Shown piece after piece: positions 11,004-20,892 of a DNA stretch of 64,000 bases (its first letter is position 1; each line of letters starts with the position of its first letter). This DNA comes from an uncultured virus (IMG/VR IMGVR_UViG_3300042544_003275) (Duplodnaviria > Heunggongvirae > Uroviricota > Caudoviricetes), in the IMG/VR virus record IMGVR_UViG_3300042544_003275. One strand, 5' to 3'. The notes beneath the pieces were generated by a model. It ran no database searches, was not told the origin of the DNA, and saw nothing but the letters and a program-made list of their open reading frames with translations. The translations under genes and the position numbers were made by a program.

Positions 11004-11079
11004 ACTGCTTATGGTGTAAATTGGTTTGCACATCGGTCATTAGGCCGAAGGGCTATAGGTTCGAGTCCTATGGGTAGTT
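11004..11079 (+). tRNA. tRNA-like element, anticodon not assignable
   Basis: D, anticodon and T arms present but loop is 6 nt (TCGGT-CATTAG-GCCGA). Confidence 0.5.
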
Positions 11080-11084
11080 CATAT

Positions 11085-11167
11085 TGGAAGGTGGCAGAGT
11101 GGTTAAATGCGTTTGACTGTAAATCAAATCTCTTACGAGTACGGGGGTCCGAATCCCTCCCTTCCAA
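11085..11167 (+). tRNA. tRNA-Tyr(GTA)
   Basis: Loop CTGTAAA, long variable arm. Confidence 0.9.
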
Positions 11168-11169
11168 CA

Positions 11170-11200
11170 AAAAAACCTCTGATTTCTCAGAGGTTTTTTT
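11170..11200. terminator. bidirectional intrinsic terminator
   Basis: AAAAAACCTCTGA-tttc-TCAGAGGTTTTTTT between convergent units. Confidence 0.8.
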
Positions 11201-11202
11201 AT

Positions 11203-11547
11203 TTATTCAACAACATTTGATTCGGTCATTCCGTCTTCTTCGTCAACTTTCTGTATTAACATTTTATCTCTGTCTTCAGAATTAAACCAATAATCTACAA
11301 CTTTATTTAAGTTACCAACGAAAGCACCTAATAAAATTAATAACATTTCTTTCCAATCTTCGTTTATTGAAGCACCAAGAAAAACACCAGCATTAATTCC
11401 TAAAACTATAAGTACAAATATACCTAATACAATAGCGGTAATTCTCCATCTATTAGCTTGCATTTGTTGAAGCATATAGTAGAATCTGTTTTTATCTTCT
11501 ACTTTTACATAGTCAGTTTTACTACTAAAGAAATTTCTTATTCTCAT
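11203..11547 (-). CDS. small two-TM membrane protein (possibly holin-like)
   Basis: Two hydrophobic segments, charged C-terminus. Confidence 0.6.
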   Translation of the reverse strand: MRIRNFFSSKTDYVKVEDKNRFYYMLQQMQANRWRITAIVLGIFVLIVLGINAGVFLGASINEDWKEMLLILLGAFVGNLNKVVDYWFNSEDRDKMLIQKVDEEDGMTESNVVE

Positions 11548-11641
11548 ATATTTTTTTATTTTTATATATTAGAAAAATATTTTAATTTTTTTATTAGGGG
11601 GAATGAAACTTTTTATATATATTTGTATAAAATTAAACGAA

Positions 11642-11722
11642 ATGAAAAATTTAAATAACATATCAACAGCAATAATCGGAGGCGGCGCGGGAGCGAGAGT
11701 CACTGGCTGGATTATGTTGTAA
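11642..11722 (+). CDS. attenuator leader peptide 2 (MKNLNNISTAIIGGGAGARVTGWIML)
   Basis: 26-aa ORF with GCA-ATA-ATC-GGA-GGC-GGC-GCG-GGA-GCG ahead of terminator and Ile/Gly/Ala tRNAs. Confidence 0.8.
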   Translation: MKNLNNISTAIIGGGAGARVTGWIML

Positions 11723-11745
11723 TTTTTTATTAAAAGAATTAAACG

Positions 11746-11777
11746 AAACCCAGTCAATTATTTGACTGGGTTTTTTT
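11746..11777 (+). terminator. attenuator terminator 2
   Basis: AAACCCAGTCAA-ttat-TTGACTGGGTTT + T tract; CCAGTCA can pair with leader TGGCTGG. Confidence 0.85.
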
Positions 11778-11786
11778 GTTTTATAT

Positions 11787-11860
11787 TGGTGAGTAGCTTA
11801 GATGGTAAAAGCATGTGTCTTATACACACAAGATAGTGGGATCGTTACCCACCTCACCAA
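11787..11860 (+). tRNA. tRNA-Ile(TAT)
   Basis: TGTGT-CTTATAC-ACACA; T loop ATCGTTA. Confidence 0.8.
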
Positions 11861-11867
11861 CAAAATT

Positions 11868-11939
11868 GCGGGTATCGTATAATGGTTATTACACCGGCCT
11901 TCCAAGTCGGTGATGTCAGTTCGATTCTGGTTACCCGCA
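11868..11939 (+). tRNA. tRNA-Gly(TCC)
   Basis: Loop CTTCCAA. Confidence 0.9.
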
Positions 11940-11983
11940 CAACCTGCAGGATGATCCACCGTTGAATCACGGTGCCTGCTCCA

Positions 11984-12057
11984 GGGGGATTAGCTCAGCT
12001 GGCTAGAGCGCCGTGGTAGCACCGCGGATGTCAACGGTTCGAATCCGTTATCCTCCA
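11984..12057 (+). tRNA. tRNA-Ala(AGC)
   Basis: CCGTG-GTAGCAC-CGCGG, G3:U70 pair. Confidence 0.8.
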
Positions 12058-12066
12058 CTAATTTTA

Positions 12067-12139
12067 GGGGCTATCGTATAATAGGCTATTACAATGGGTT
12101 TGCAACTCATAGAACACGGTTCGATCCCGTGTAGCTCCA
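12067..12139 (+). tRNA. tRNA-Ala(TGC)
   Basis: Loop TTTGCAA, G3:U70 pair. Confidence 0.9.
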
Positions 12140-12282
12140 CTAAAAAATAACTAAATATATAGGAGAACAAGGGCTGTGGACGCAATTTAAAAAGTAAAGT
12201 AGAAAGAATCGAAGAAAGAAAAAAAGTAATCGGTTCTAAACATAGAAGAAAACTAAAAAGATATTCTGAGAGTTTTAACAGA

Positions 12283-12675
12283 ATGATTACATTTTTCTTC
12301 TTAATACAAAAAGGAGGTGTAATTACATTTTGTGGTTCACATACTGTTGTAGAATATGATCCGAATGGACCAGACTGTAAAGAATGTTTTAGACTACATG
12401 AAGATGGATATTATAGAGGTGGTAAACCAATTATAACTAGACATCCAAATATTCTGAAATCTGTCTTAATAGGAAAGAAAGGATGGGGATTGTGGGTTGA
12501 CCAATGGACTGAGGGTATTGTTGATTGGACATTCACTAAAGAAGAAATATTAAATGAATTTGAAAAGGTAAATGTAGAAATACCGGAACCATTTTTAATT
12601 GAGTTTAATAATACAATAGATAGGAAAAAGAAGAAGAGAAACTTGACTTATCTAGAACAGATAAAAAAGAAATGA
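12283..12675 (+). CDS. hypothetical protein inside tRNA cluster
   Basis: 130-aa ORF; start uncertain. Confidence 0.6.
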   Translation: MITFFFLIQKGGVITFCGSHTVVEYDPNGPDCKECFRLHEDGYYRGGKPIITRHPNILKSVLIGKKGWGLWVDQWTEGIVDWTFTKEEILNEFEKVNVEIPEPFLIEFNNTIDRKKKKRNLTYLEQIKKK

Positions 12676-12998
12676 CAATATTTAAGAACATAAACGATAA
12701 TCTACTCTATATTCTTTATAGGAATGTAAATGGTAGTTATGTTGCGATACCATATGAACATAAAGGAAAGTCAATAACGAATTGTAATCCAAAAGAATTT
12801 ATTCCTGTTAAAACAGGAAATAAGTTAGATGGATTTTTATAAAAAATAAAAAGAAATATGAAGAAAATAATATTAACGGGAGAATTTGAATCAAGTAAGG
12901 TTAAATTAAGAGGTAGTAGTGTAAAAATTGTTAAAGTAGCAAGAAAAAGTGCCCTAAGTAGATTAATAAAGAAACTTAAAAGTAGTAAATAAGTTCAA

Positions 12999-13071
<73 letters not shown>

Positions 13072-13125
13072 CAAATGGTAGATAAACTTTTATAATAAAG
13101 TTGATATAATTAAAAAGTAAAAACC

Positions 13126-13722
13126 ATGAAAGAAAAAATATTAAATCTTACACCATTATCAATTTTAGATAAGATTAATAGTGATTTTTTTATAGAAATT
13201 GACCAAGAGGAACATAAATCATATATTAAATCAGGAAACTATTATGAAAACTATTATGCTTTAGCAAGCTATTATCAACCAAAAAGTATTTTAGAAATAG
13301 GAGTTAGATATGGATATAGTTTAGGAACTATGATATCAGCATCTAATATTATTAAAAAAGTTACAGGTATTGATAATGATGAATACTCTTTAGGATCTTT
13401 AGAAGTTGCAAAAAATAATATTAAAAAATATATAAATTCTAATATTGAATTAAATTTTTCACTACAAGATTCACATAAAATAGAAAAATTAGAATATCAT
13501 GATATGATACATATTGATGGTGATCACTCATATGATGGTAAATTACAAGATCTTAAACTAACAATTGGTGCTTGTAAGGTTGTTATAATTGATGATTATT
13601 TACAGTTTAGTGAGGTTAATAGATCAACTAATACTTTTATATCTTATAATAAAGATATAATAGAAAATACTTATGTGTTAGATAATCATATAAGAGGAAC
13701 TATGATAATAGAATATAAATAA
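13126..13722 (+). CDS. class I SAM-dependent methyltransferase
   Basis: ILEIGVRYGYS and IHIDGDHSY motifs. Confidence 0.8.
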   Translation: MKEKILNLTPLSILDKINSDFFIEIDQEEHKSYIKSGNYYENYYALASYYQPKSILEIGVRYGYSLGTMISASNIIKKVTGIDNDEYSLGSLEVAKNNIKKYINSNIELNFSLQDSHKIEKLEYHDMIHIDGDHSYDGKLQDLKLTIGACKVVIIDDYLQFSEVNRSTNTFISYNKDIIENTYVLDNHIRGTMIIEYK

Positions 13723-13726
13723 TAAT

Positions 13727-14347
13727 ATGATAGATAACTATAGAAAACACAAAAATGGTGTTATTGAACAAATTGTAAAAGAACCATTTGATTATAATTT
13801 TGATTACTCTGATAACTATAATAGACTTGGTGAAATTGGCACAAGAATGGCTTATCTTAGACTGGGACATTTAATTGGAACCTTAGGTTTTGTACCTGAG
13901 TCAGTTATGGATATTGGTTATGGTAATGGTGACTTTTTAAAGGCATGTCAAAACATCATACCAAAATGTTACGCTAGTGATGTATCTGTTTATCCTTCAC
14001 CAGAAGGATGTGAATTTATTAAAGATCCAAACTCAATTAAGGTTGAGGTTGCTACTTTTTATGATGTTTTAGAACATTATAACAATATCTACGACATTAA
14101 AGACTTACAAGCTAATTATGTAGTTATATCTTTACCAAATTGTCATGACTTCAATGATGAATGGTTTGAAAATTGGAAACATAGAAAACCAAATGAACAT
14201 CTTTGGCATTTCAACTCTGAATCATTAATAAATTTTATGTCTGAAATTAATTATGAGGTAATTAATATTACAAATTTAGAAGATACAATTAGAAAAAATA
14301 ATTTAGAATATTCTAATATTTTAACTGGTGTTTTTAGAAGAAAATGA
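13727..14347 (+). CDS. SAM-dependent methyltransferase-like protein
   Basis: VMDIGYGNG, FYDVLEH, EHLWHF. Confidence 0.75.
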   Translation: MIDNYRKHKNGVIEQIVKEPFDYNFDYSDNYNRLGEIGTRMAYLRLGHLIGTLGFVPESVMDIGYGNGDFLKACQNIIPKCYASDVSVYPSPEGCEFIKDPNSIKVEVATFYDVLEHYNNIYDIKDLQANYVVISLPNCHDFNDEWFENWKHRKPNEHLWHFNSESLINFMSEINYEVINITNLEDTIRKNNLEYSNILTGVFRRK

Positions 14348-15009
14348 AGAAAAGAATAATAATAGAACAACCTTGGGGTGGATTGGGAGACAATATGCAG
14401 TTTAGTACCCTACCAGAAATCGGATCTCGACTTGGTTATGATGTTTACGTTTCAAATCACAATAAATATAGAAATTTAGATATTAAAAGATTAGTTTGGG
14501 ATATAAATCCTTTTATATCTGGTTATACTGATGAGAGAGGAAATTTGAATGAGTTATTTAGTCCAAATCCTATAAATAAGAATTTCCCTATTTTAGATAG
14601 ATGGAATGATAATCTTAACATAATACAGAATATAGAGTTTCAAATATTTGATAGATATTATAGTGAAAACCCAATACTTTATTATAGACCAAATTTAGAT
14701 AATAGCCTGTCTGATAAAATATTAATTGATCCAAATTCAATATCAACAAATGTCAATCTTGATTCAATAATAGATGAAATGAATAAAGAAGACTTAGTAT
14801 TATTGAATCAAGAAAGAGATGGATTTAATAGTATTAAATCTAATAGTATATTTGAATGGGTCGATATGATAACATCTTCAAAAAAATTTATATGTCAATT
14901 ATCCGGAGGAACTGTTGTTATGGCTGCTTATAATAAAAGTTGTACTGTTTATACTACGGGTAATAGTAGTATTTTTAATTTTAAAATTCACAATTATATA
15001 AATATATAA
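14344..15009 (+). CDS. putative glycosyltransferase-like protein
   Basis: N-terminal GGLGD motif; neighbours are methyltransferases. Confidence 0.45.
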   Translation: MKKRIIIEQPWGGLGDNMQFSTLPEIGSRLGYDVYVSNHNKYRNLDIKRLVWDINPFISGYTDERGNLNELFSPNPINKNFPILDRWNDNLNIIQNIEFQIFDRYYSENPILYYRPNLDNSLSDKILIDPNSISTNVNLDSIIDEMNKEDLVLLNQERDGFNSIKSNSIFEWVDMITSSKKFICQLSGGTVVMAAYNKSCTVYTTGNSSIFNFKIHNYINI

Positions 15010-15085
15010 ACTAAATTTAGAAAACTATCATTATATTTGTAAGTCCAGTTATTTAACTGGACTTTTTTATTAAACTAATCTACAT

Positions 15086-15655
15086 TTATAAAATTTGTTT
15101 TTTTAATAAGTCAATAAAGTCTATTGAGTTTAATCTACTAATATCATTTGTCATCATTTGATAAACCATATTACCAGCTCCTTCATTTCCTCTTAATCTC
15201 ATTTCCTCCATATTCATTTCTCTTTCAAAACCAATTGCTCTCATTGAATTAATAGCAAAGTCATTAGCATCTTTTTCTAATTCTCTATAAGATTGTAAAA
15301 ATGAATCTTTATCTCCATTTACAACTGTATCATAATAACCAGGCATTAATATACCCTCAGCATGTTGGTCACAATGTCTAGACTCATGAAGAGCTAAAAA
15401 CAACTTAACATGTGGAGGCATCGGAAGTCTTGAGTTGATAGCGATAACATCAGTTCCTAAAAATACTCCAGCAATTGGTTGTGGTGAACTAAATTGAAAA
15501 TAGTAAATTTTAATATTACTTCTATTTTGATTCCACCATTCAACTATTTGTTGTTTATTTGTTCTTATCCCTATATTATCTAAGAATTGGTCTATTGTTA
15601 CTTGATTATCTGGTGTAAGAGATTCAAACAACTTATAACTTTTTATATGTTTCAT
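15086..15655 (-). CDS. HExxH metallopeptidase-like protein with MKHIKSYKLFE N-terminus
   Basis: LHESRH ... EKDANDFA. Confidence 0.55.
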   Translation of the reverse strand: MKHIKSYKLFESLTPDNQVTIDQFLDNIGIRTNKQQIVEWWNQNRSNIKIYYFQFSSPQPIAGVFLGTDVIAINSRLPMPPHVKLFLALHESRHCDQHAEGILMPGYYDTVVNGDKDSFLQSYRELEKDANDFAINSMRAIGFEREMNMEEMRLRGNEGAGNMVYQMMTNDISRLNSIDFIDLLKKQIL

Positions 15656-15704
15656 ATTGTATATATTAATTTAATTAATTATATTAGCAAGGTAAAATAT
15701 TAAA

Positions 15705-16292
15705 ATGATTAAAGTTCTAAATGGTGTTCCAAAAGGTGAGTTTGGTCTTGCTTGTTCTGGTGGTGTAGATTCTATGGCTATTCTTGACTTTTTAATCAAT
15801 GGTAGATATAATCCACATGTTCTTTATTTTAATCATAATACTGAACACGGACACGAAGCTGAAAAATTTATTACAGATTATTGTAAAGAAAAAAATCTTA
15901 AACTAACTATTGGTAGAACTGAATTAAAACCAACATCTAATAAAGAAAAGATTTGGTCTGATTTAAGATATGAATTCTTTTCTCAGTTTGATTTTCCTAT
16001 TATGACTTGTCACCACTTAGATGATTGTGTTGAAACTTATTTATTCTCTTGTTTAAGAGGATTTCAATCTGTTATTCCTTATTCAAGAGGAAATGTAATT
16101 AGACCTTTTTTACTAAATGAGAAATCAGTATTTGAAAAATGGTGTAAACAAAAAGGTGTTCCGTTTATACAAGATCAATCTAACGATTGTTTAGACTATT
16201 CGAGAAATAGAATTAGAAATAAAATTGTTCCGGAAGCTCTTAAAGTAAATCCAGGACTTAAAACGGTTGTTAAAAAAATGATTAAATTATGA
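15705..16292 (+). CDS. tilS: tRNA(Ile)-lysidine synthetase, catalytic domain only
   Basis: SGGVDS PP-loop, HHLDD, IRPFL, DQSN, RNRIR. Confidence 0.85.
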   Translation: MIKVLNGVPKGEFGLACSGGVDSMAILDFLINGRYNPHVLYFNHNTEHGHEAEKFITDYCKEKNLKLTIGRTELKPTSNKEKIWSDLRYEFFSQFDFPIMTCHHLDDCVETYLFSCLRGFQSVIPYSRGNVIRPFLLNEKSVFEKWCKQKGVPFIQDQSNDCLDYSRNRIRNKIVPEALKVNPGLKTVVKKMIKL

Positions 16293-16597
16293 TATTAACG
16301 GAAGATAATTTCTATTTAGTAAAAGAAGAAATTAAAAAATTATTACTACTAAATAATTGGACAGAATCACAAATAGAAGAAGATTATGGATATGATACTG
16401 TATCCGATCTCAGCGGCATAATATGTGATTCGGTTAGTTACAAAAACAAGAAACATAAAGATTCATATGTTTACTATACATATGAATTTAATTTAAGTAA
16501 TACTACAAAATTAATAACTGAAACATTTGCTTATATCTCAGATGGAAGTGAATCACATTCACATGAATTTAATTTTGTTGAATACATAAAAGATTAA
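16289..16597 (+). CDS. hypothetical protein
   Basis: ORF coupled to tilS (ATGA overlap). Confidence 0.6.
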   Translation: MILTEDNFYLVKEEIKKLLLLNNWTESQIEEDYGYDTVSDLSGIICDSVSYKNKKHKDSYVYYTYEFNLSNTTKLITETFAYISDGSESHSHEFNFVEYIKD

Positions 16598-16603
16598 ATA
16601 AAT

Positions 16604-17266
16604 ATGGAATTATTTTTTTTCGACATAGAGACCGCGGGTCAATATAAAGACTATGATACTTTTTTAGACTCTGATGAAAGAGGTGCTAGACTTTTCTTAG
16701 GTAAGTACGAGAAAATGAACTGGTCAGAGAAATACGCTGATATCAACGAGGCTTACATTGAAAACGCTGGTATAATATCTACTTATGGTAGAATCGTTTG
16801 TATCTCATTTGGATTTATTGATAATGAGGGAAAGAGTAAAATATCATCTTATTATGGAGATAATGAAGAAGATATTGTTAATTCATTTAATAACTTATTG
16901 AAGAAGATAGAAACTAAGAATTTTAATCTTAGTGGATTTCGCATATTACACTTTGACATTGTTTGGATTTTAAGAAAATTAAGTAAATACAGAATAGAAC
17001 CAGCAAATATTATTTACACATATGATAAAAAACCATGGGATATGAGAATAACAGATATGTCTGATGATTGGAAAGGAAAGTTTGCTTGGTCAAATAGTTT
17101 TGATGAGTTATCTTATGAGTTAGGAGTACCATCCCCAAAATCTAACATTAACGGATCTGATGTTCATAAGTATTACTGGTCTGGTAGAGTTGAAGATGTT
17201 AAGACATATTGTGAAAAAGATGTTGAGGCTTGTATTGAAATATCCAAAATAATTTACAAAAAATGA
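16604..17266 (+). CDS. PolB-type 3'-5' exonuclease
   Basis: FFDIET, FDI, YCEKDV (DEDDy). Confidence 0.8.
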   Translation: MELFFFDIETAGQYKDYDTFLDSDERGARLFLGKYEKMNWSEKYADINEAYIENAGIISTYGRIVCISFGFIDNEGKSKISSYYGDNEEDIVNSFNNLLKKIETKNFNLSGFRILHFDIVWILRKLSKYRIEPANIIYTYDKKPWDMRITDMSDDWKGKFAWSNSFDELSYELGVPSPKSNINGSDVHKYYWSGRVEDVKTYCEKDVEACIEISKIIYKK

Positions 17267-17457
17267 TAGACATATATTTTATAGAATTTTATATTCAAAG
17301 AAAATACTCACAAAGATTAGAAGAGTATTTTGAAGTTAATAAATCAGTTGCCTCAAATTGGAGAAAAAATTCATTTCCGGAAAGAAGATTAAAAGAATTT
17401 TCATATAGAGAAGGAACATTAGATACTAAAGAACTATTTAGTAGAATATATTCATAG
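17263..17457 (+). CDS. small hypothetical, possible HTH protein
   Basis: 64 aa, VNKSVASNWRK. Confidence 0.5.
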   Translation: MIDIYFIEFYIQRKYSQRLEEYFEVNKSVASNWRKNSFPERRLKEFSYREGTLDTKELFSRIYS

Positions 17458-17499
17458 GTAGATAGAACTTTTTTATATATACTATAAATAAGTTTATAA

Positions 17500-18240
17500 A
17501 TGAAAAGGTGTTCTAAGTGTAATATAGAGAAAGAATTGGATGAATTTTATAAAAGAAAAGATTCAAAAGACGGATATAGAACTGATTGTAAAGAATGTAG
17601 AGATAACATTGTAAAAATATATCAAGAAAAGAATTATGATAAAGTTAGTGAGATAAAAAGAAAATACTATCTAAATAATAAAAATGATGTTATAGAAAGA
17701 ACCAAAATCTGGCAAAATGAAAATAAAGATAAATATAAAGAAATATCTAAAAAGTATAGAGAAAAACCTGAAGTTAAAGAAAGGCTAAAAAGTTATCATT
17801 TAGAAAACAACAAAAACAACGAAAACTACAAACTAAAAAGAAAAGAATACAGCAAAAATAATAATGATAAAATAAATGAAAGGCATAGAGAAAGATATAA
17901 AAATGATAACCTATATAAAATAAAATTTATGGTTCGTGGTATTATATGGAAATCATTAAATAGAAAAAAATATAAAAAAGGTTCAAAATCAGAAATAATA
18001 TTAGGATGTTCTTTTGAGGAATTTAAAATTTATTTAGAATCTAAATTTGAAAACTGGATGTTTTGGGAAAATTATGGTTTATACAATGGAGAACTAAATT
18101 ATGGGTGGGATGTTGACCATATTATACCTCTATCATCAGCAGAATCTGAAGAGGGGGTAATTAAACTAAATCATTACACTAACCTACAACCTCTTTGTAG
18201 TAAAGTAAATAGAGATATAAAAAAAGATTTATATGAATAA
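17500..18240 (+). CDS. HNH homing-endonuclease-like protein
   Basis: N-terminal CxxC..CxxC; C-terminal WDVDHIIP..HYTNLQPL..N. Confidence 0.8.
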   Translation: MKRCSKCNIEKELDEFYKRKDSKDGYRTDCKECRDNIVKIYQEKNYDKVSEIKRKYYLNNKNDVIERTKIWQNENKDKYKEISKKYREKPEVKERLKSYHLENNKNNENYKLKRKEYSKNNNDKINERHRERYKNDNLYKIKFMVRGIIWKSLNRKKYKKGSKSEIILGCSFEEFKIYLESKFENWMFWENYGLYNGELNYGWDVDHIIPLSSAESEEGVIKLNHYTNLQPLCSKVNRDIKKDLYE

Positions 18241-18496
18241 AAATAAAATGAAAAGGTCAACTATTTTAATTGGATTAGGGTCATTAAATTTGATTCATGG
18301 TATTCTACATATCTTACAATTTATTCAATCTTTATTATTGGTTAGTTCTTCACTGAAGGAAGATAATCATACTGGATTAGATGCTGTTTTACATAGTCCA
18401 ATTTTATCTATTGTTTGGGCTGTTATTGGACTAATAACTCTTTATATAGGTATTAAGGATTTCAGACATCATAAGAAATGTCATAATCATGAGTAA
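18233..18496 (+). CDS. small membrane protein
   Basis: Two hydrophobic helices, His-rich. Confidence 0.6.
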   Translation: MNKNKMKRSTILIGLGSLNLIHGILHILQFIQSLLLVSSSLKEDNHTGLDAVLHSPILSIVWAVIGLITLYIGIKDFRHHKKCHNHE

Positions 18497-18517
18497 AAAT
18501 AAAATATACAAATAATA

Positions 18518-20116
18518 TTGGCTGAGATAAAAGTAAATAGAACTAAGAAAAAACAATTGGGTCAGTTCATGACTCCTATTGATAAATGCCAAGAAATACT
18601 ATCCGGATATACATTTACTATCAATGATAAAGTTTTAGAACCATCTTTTGGTTGTGGTAATTTTATTGTTACTCTTATAGATAAGTTCATTCATTTATAT
18701 GAAGGTACAATAGAAGAAAGAATAACTAAAATTCTGAATAATAATATCTATGGTGTAGAGTTCGACGAAGAAAAGTATCAAGAGTGTATTGAAAATATTC
18801 GATATGAATATGGATTTGTACCTGATGAACATAATCTTGTTTTAGGAGACTACTTTCTTTACAAACCATCTATTAACTTTGATTATATAATTGGTAATCC
18901 TCCTTTTGGTGGAACAATCGATCCTACTTATCAAGATGAATTAGATAAAAAGTATGGTATAAGAAATGGTGAGAAAATAAAAAAAGAAACATATTCTTTC
19001 TTTATGATTAAATCTGTTGAGTCACTTAAAGAAAATGGTAAGTTAATTTTTATTAGTTCTGATACATTCTTAACAATCAAAAGTATGAAAGGTTTAAGAA
19101 TGTTCTTATTTGAAAATGGATATAATCAGATTGAAACTATACAATACTTTTCTGAAGAGACTGATTATCCAATGGTTGTTTTAACACATCATAAATCAAA
19201 TAAACAAAATCACATACTTTTAGATGAAGTTGAGATTCCTTATAATAATATGATTCTCACAAGTAATTTCTCTTGGTATATTCAAAGTGAGTATGTTAAA
19301 TACTTTAAGGGTAATAAATTAGGTGATTATATTCTTGGATCTGGTGGAATCACACTTGGTAAAAACGAATTATTTTTAAGAGAGATTAGAGAAGATAATA
19401 CAATACTTGAAGAATATGATTTCACATTTTTTGATGATACTATTACTTTAGAGAAAGAAATATCAAAAGCCAGAAATAATAAACTATCTTTTAATAAGAT
19501 AAAAGAAATTCAAGAATTAGAAAGAAAAGGTGTTACTAAAAGAAATGTAAAAATAACTAAGTTAGTTGAACCTATTGTTATTCAGCTACCTAATGATGAT
19601 TATTGTTTTTATAACAAATCATCGAATGAATCTTTATTTAGTAAACCAAACACCGTTGTTTATTGGAAAAATGATGGAGATGCTGTTATTACATTTAAGA
19701 AGAATGGTAACTGGTATTTACATGGAGTAGGTGGTAAATCTTTTTTTAAGAGAGAAGGAATAACTTGGCAATTGATATCATCTTCAATTAAAGCTAGATA
19801 TTTACCATCTGGTTATATTTTAGATGCTGGGTCACCGATAGTAGTTTTAAGAGACAATATAGAAAAACAAGAACTGTTTTTTATTATTGGTTGGTTATTA
19901 ACATCTAAATGTAATGAGATACTAAAGAGTGTTATCAATCATACAAAGAATATACAAAGTAAAGATATTGAAAGACTTCCTTATCCTTTCTGGGTTAATG
20001 AAGATAATAAAGAAAAAGTAATAAATTTGGTTAAGAATAATATCAACCGTAAAAAATCCACTGATCAATCTTCTGATAATTTATTTTTTCAATTAGAGGA
20101 ATTCTTTGATATATAA
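18518..20116 (+). CDS. N6-adenine DNA methyltransferase (Eco57I/TaqI-like)
   Basis: GQFMTP, LEPSFGCGNF, IGNPPF; TTG start. Confidence 0.85.
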   Translation: MAEIKVNRTKKKQLGQFMTPIDKCQEILSGYTFTINDKVLEPSFGCGNFIVTLIDKFIHLYEGTIEERITKILNNNIYGVEFDEEKYQECIENIRYEYGFVPDEHNLVLGDYFLYKPSINFDYIIGNPPFGGTIDPTYQDELDKKYGIRNGEKIKKETYSFFMIKSVESLKENGKLIFISSDTFLTIKSMKGLRMFLFENGYNQIETIQYFSEETDYPMVVLTHHKSNKQNHILLDEVEIPYNNMILTSNFSWYIQSEYVKYFKGNKLGDYILGSGGITLGKNELFLREIREDNTILEEYDFTFFDDTITLEKEISKARNNKLSFNKIKEIQELERKGVTKRNVKITKLVEPIVIQLPNDDYCFYNKSSNESLFSKPNTVVYWKNDGDAVITFKKNGNWYLHGVGGKSFFKREGITWQLISSSIKARYLPSGYILDAGSPIVVLRDNIEKQELFFIIGWLLTSKCNEILKSVINHTKNIQSKDIERLPYPFWVNEDNKEKVINLVKNNINRKKSTDQSSDNLFFQLEEFFDI

Positions 20117-20161
20117 AATATTTTTTATATCTTTGTATTCAATCAATTAAAAATAATCACT

Positions 20162-20287
20162 ATGGCGAGAATCAAAGAAATTTACATGGAAATTTTAGAA
20201 AAGTACGGAGAGGATGTTGAAGTAACAGAAGAACTTTTCGGAAAATATCTTGATGAAAAACAAAAAGAAGAAGAATCAAAATAATTA
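20162..20287 (+). CDS. small acidic hypothetical protein (41 aa)
   Basis: MARIKEIYMEILEK.., own TATCTTTG promoter and terminator. Confidence 0.55.
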
Positions 20288-20331
20288 AAACCCATCTAAT
20301 TTTTTAGATGGGTTTTTTTATATATACTTCA

Positions 20332-20880
20332 ATGAGATACTTAAAACTATACGAAGATTATAAAAAGAATCAATGGGAACTTTTACTTTCTAATCCTAAT
20401 AAAGTACAAGAAGGTGAGAAGCTAGTAGACTTAGTTTCTAATGCTTATAAAAATACCACAATGGGTTCATTCGTTAATACAGTTAAAGATGTTGTTAAAA
20501 GTAATTGGGCGGTTATTGATTGTGATGATGTTCCTGGGATTGATGCTTGTATTTTTTTCAGAGAACCTAGGTCAAATGAAAACTGGATTGGTAGAAAATT
20601 ACAAGGAATAGGACACGATGGCCAAAAACAATCTAAAAGTCACATCATCGATAAAATGGTTAATATGTTAAAAGAATCAGGAACTTGGATTGAAGCATCT
20701 GAAAAAATGGAAGAAGTTCTTTTAGGTAAAGGTTCTACTAAAGTAACTGATATAGAATTACTTAAAAAATTATTTCCAGAATCTGAATTCAAAATGTTAG
20801 ATAATGGTCAATATCAAAGAAGTCTTGAAAGTGGTGAATTTGTAACTGAGTCGGTATTTGGTAGTCCAAAAATAAAATAG
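20332..20880 (+). CDS. hypothetical protein with MRYLKLYE N-terminus
   Basis: Start re-assigned after TATATA motif. Confidence 0.7.
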   Translation: MRYLKLYEDYKKNQWELLLSNPNKVQEGEKLVDLVSNAYKNTTMGSFVNTVKDVVKSNWAVIDCDDVPGIDACIFFREPRSNENWIGRKLQGIGHDGQKQSKSHIIDKMVNMLKESGTWIEASEKMEEVLLGKGSTKVTDIELLKKLFPESEFKMLDNGQYQRSLESGEFVTESVFGSPKIK

Positions 20881-20892
20881 TATATTTACAAA

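Noticed and set aside
11004..11079. Ochre suppressor tRNA (TTA) and stop-codon recoding
   Set aside because: The loop is 6 nt without U33, and genes read intact in code 11 with all three stops used.
10055..11285. ORFs 10055..10246, 10509..10832, 11070..11285
   Set aside because: They run through tRNA genes.
11569..11757. 62-aa minus-strand ORF
   Set aside because: Antisense to leader 2 and its terminator; the PAPPP run mirrors the Gly/Ala codons.
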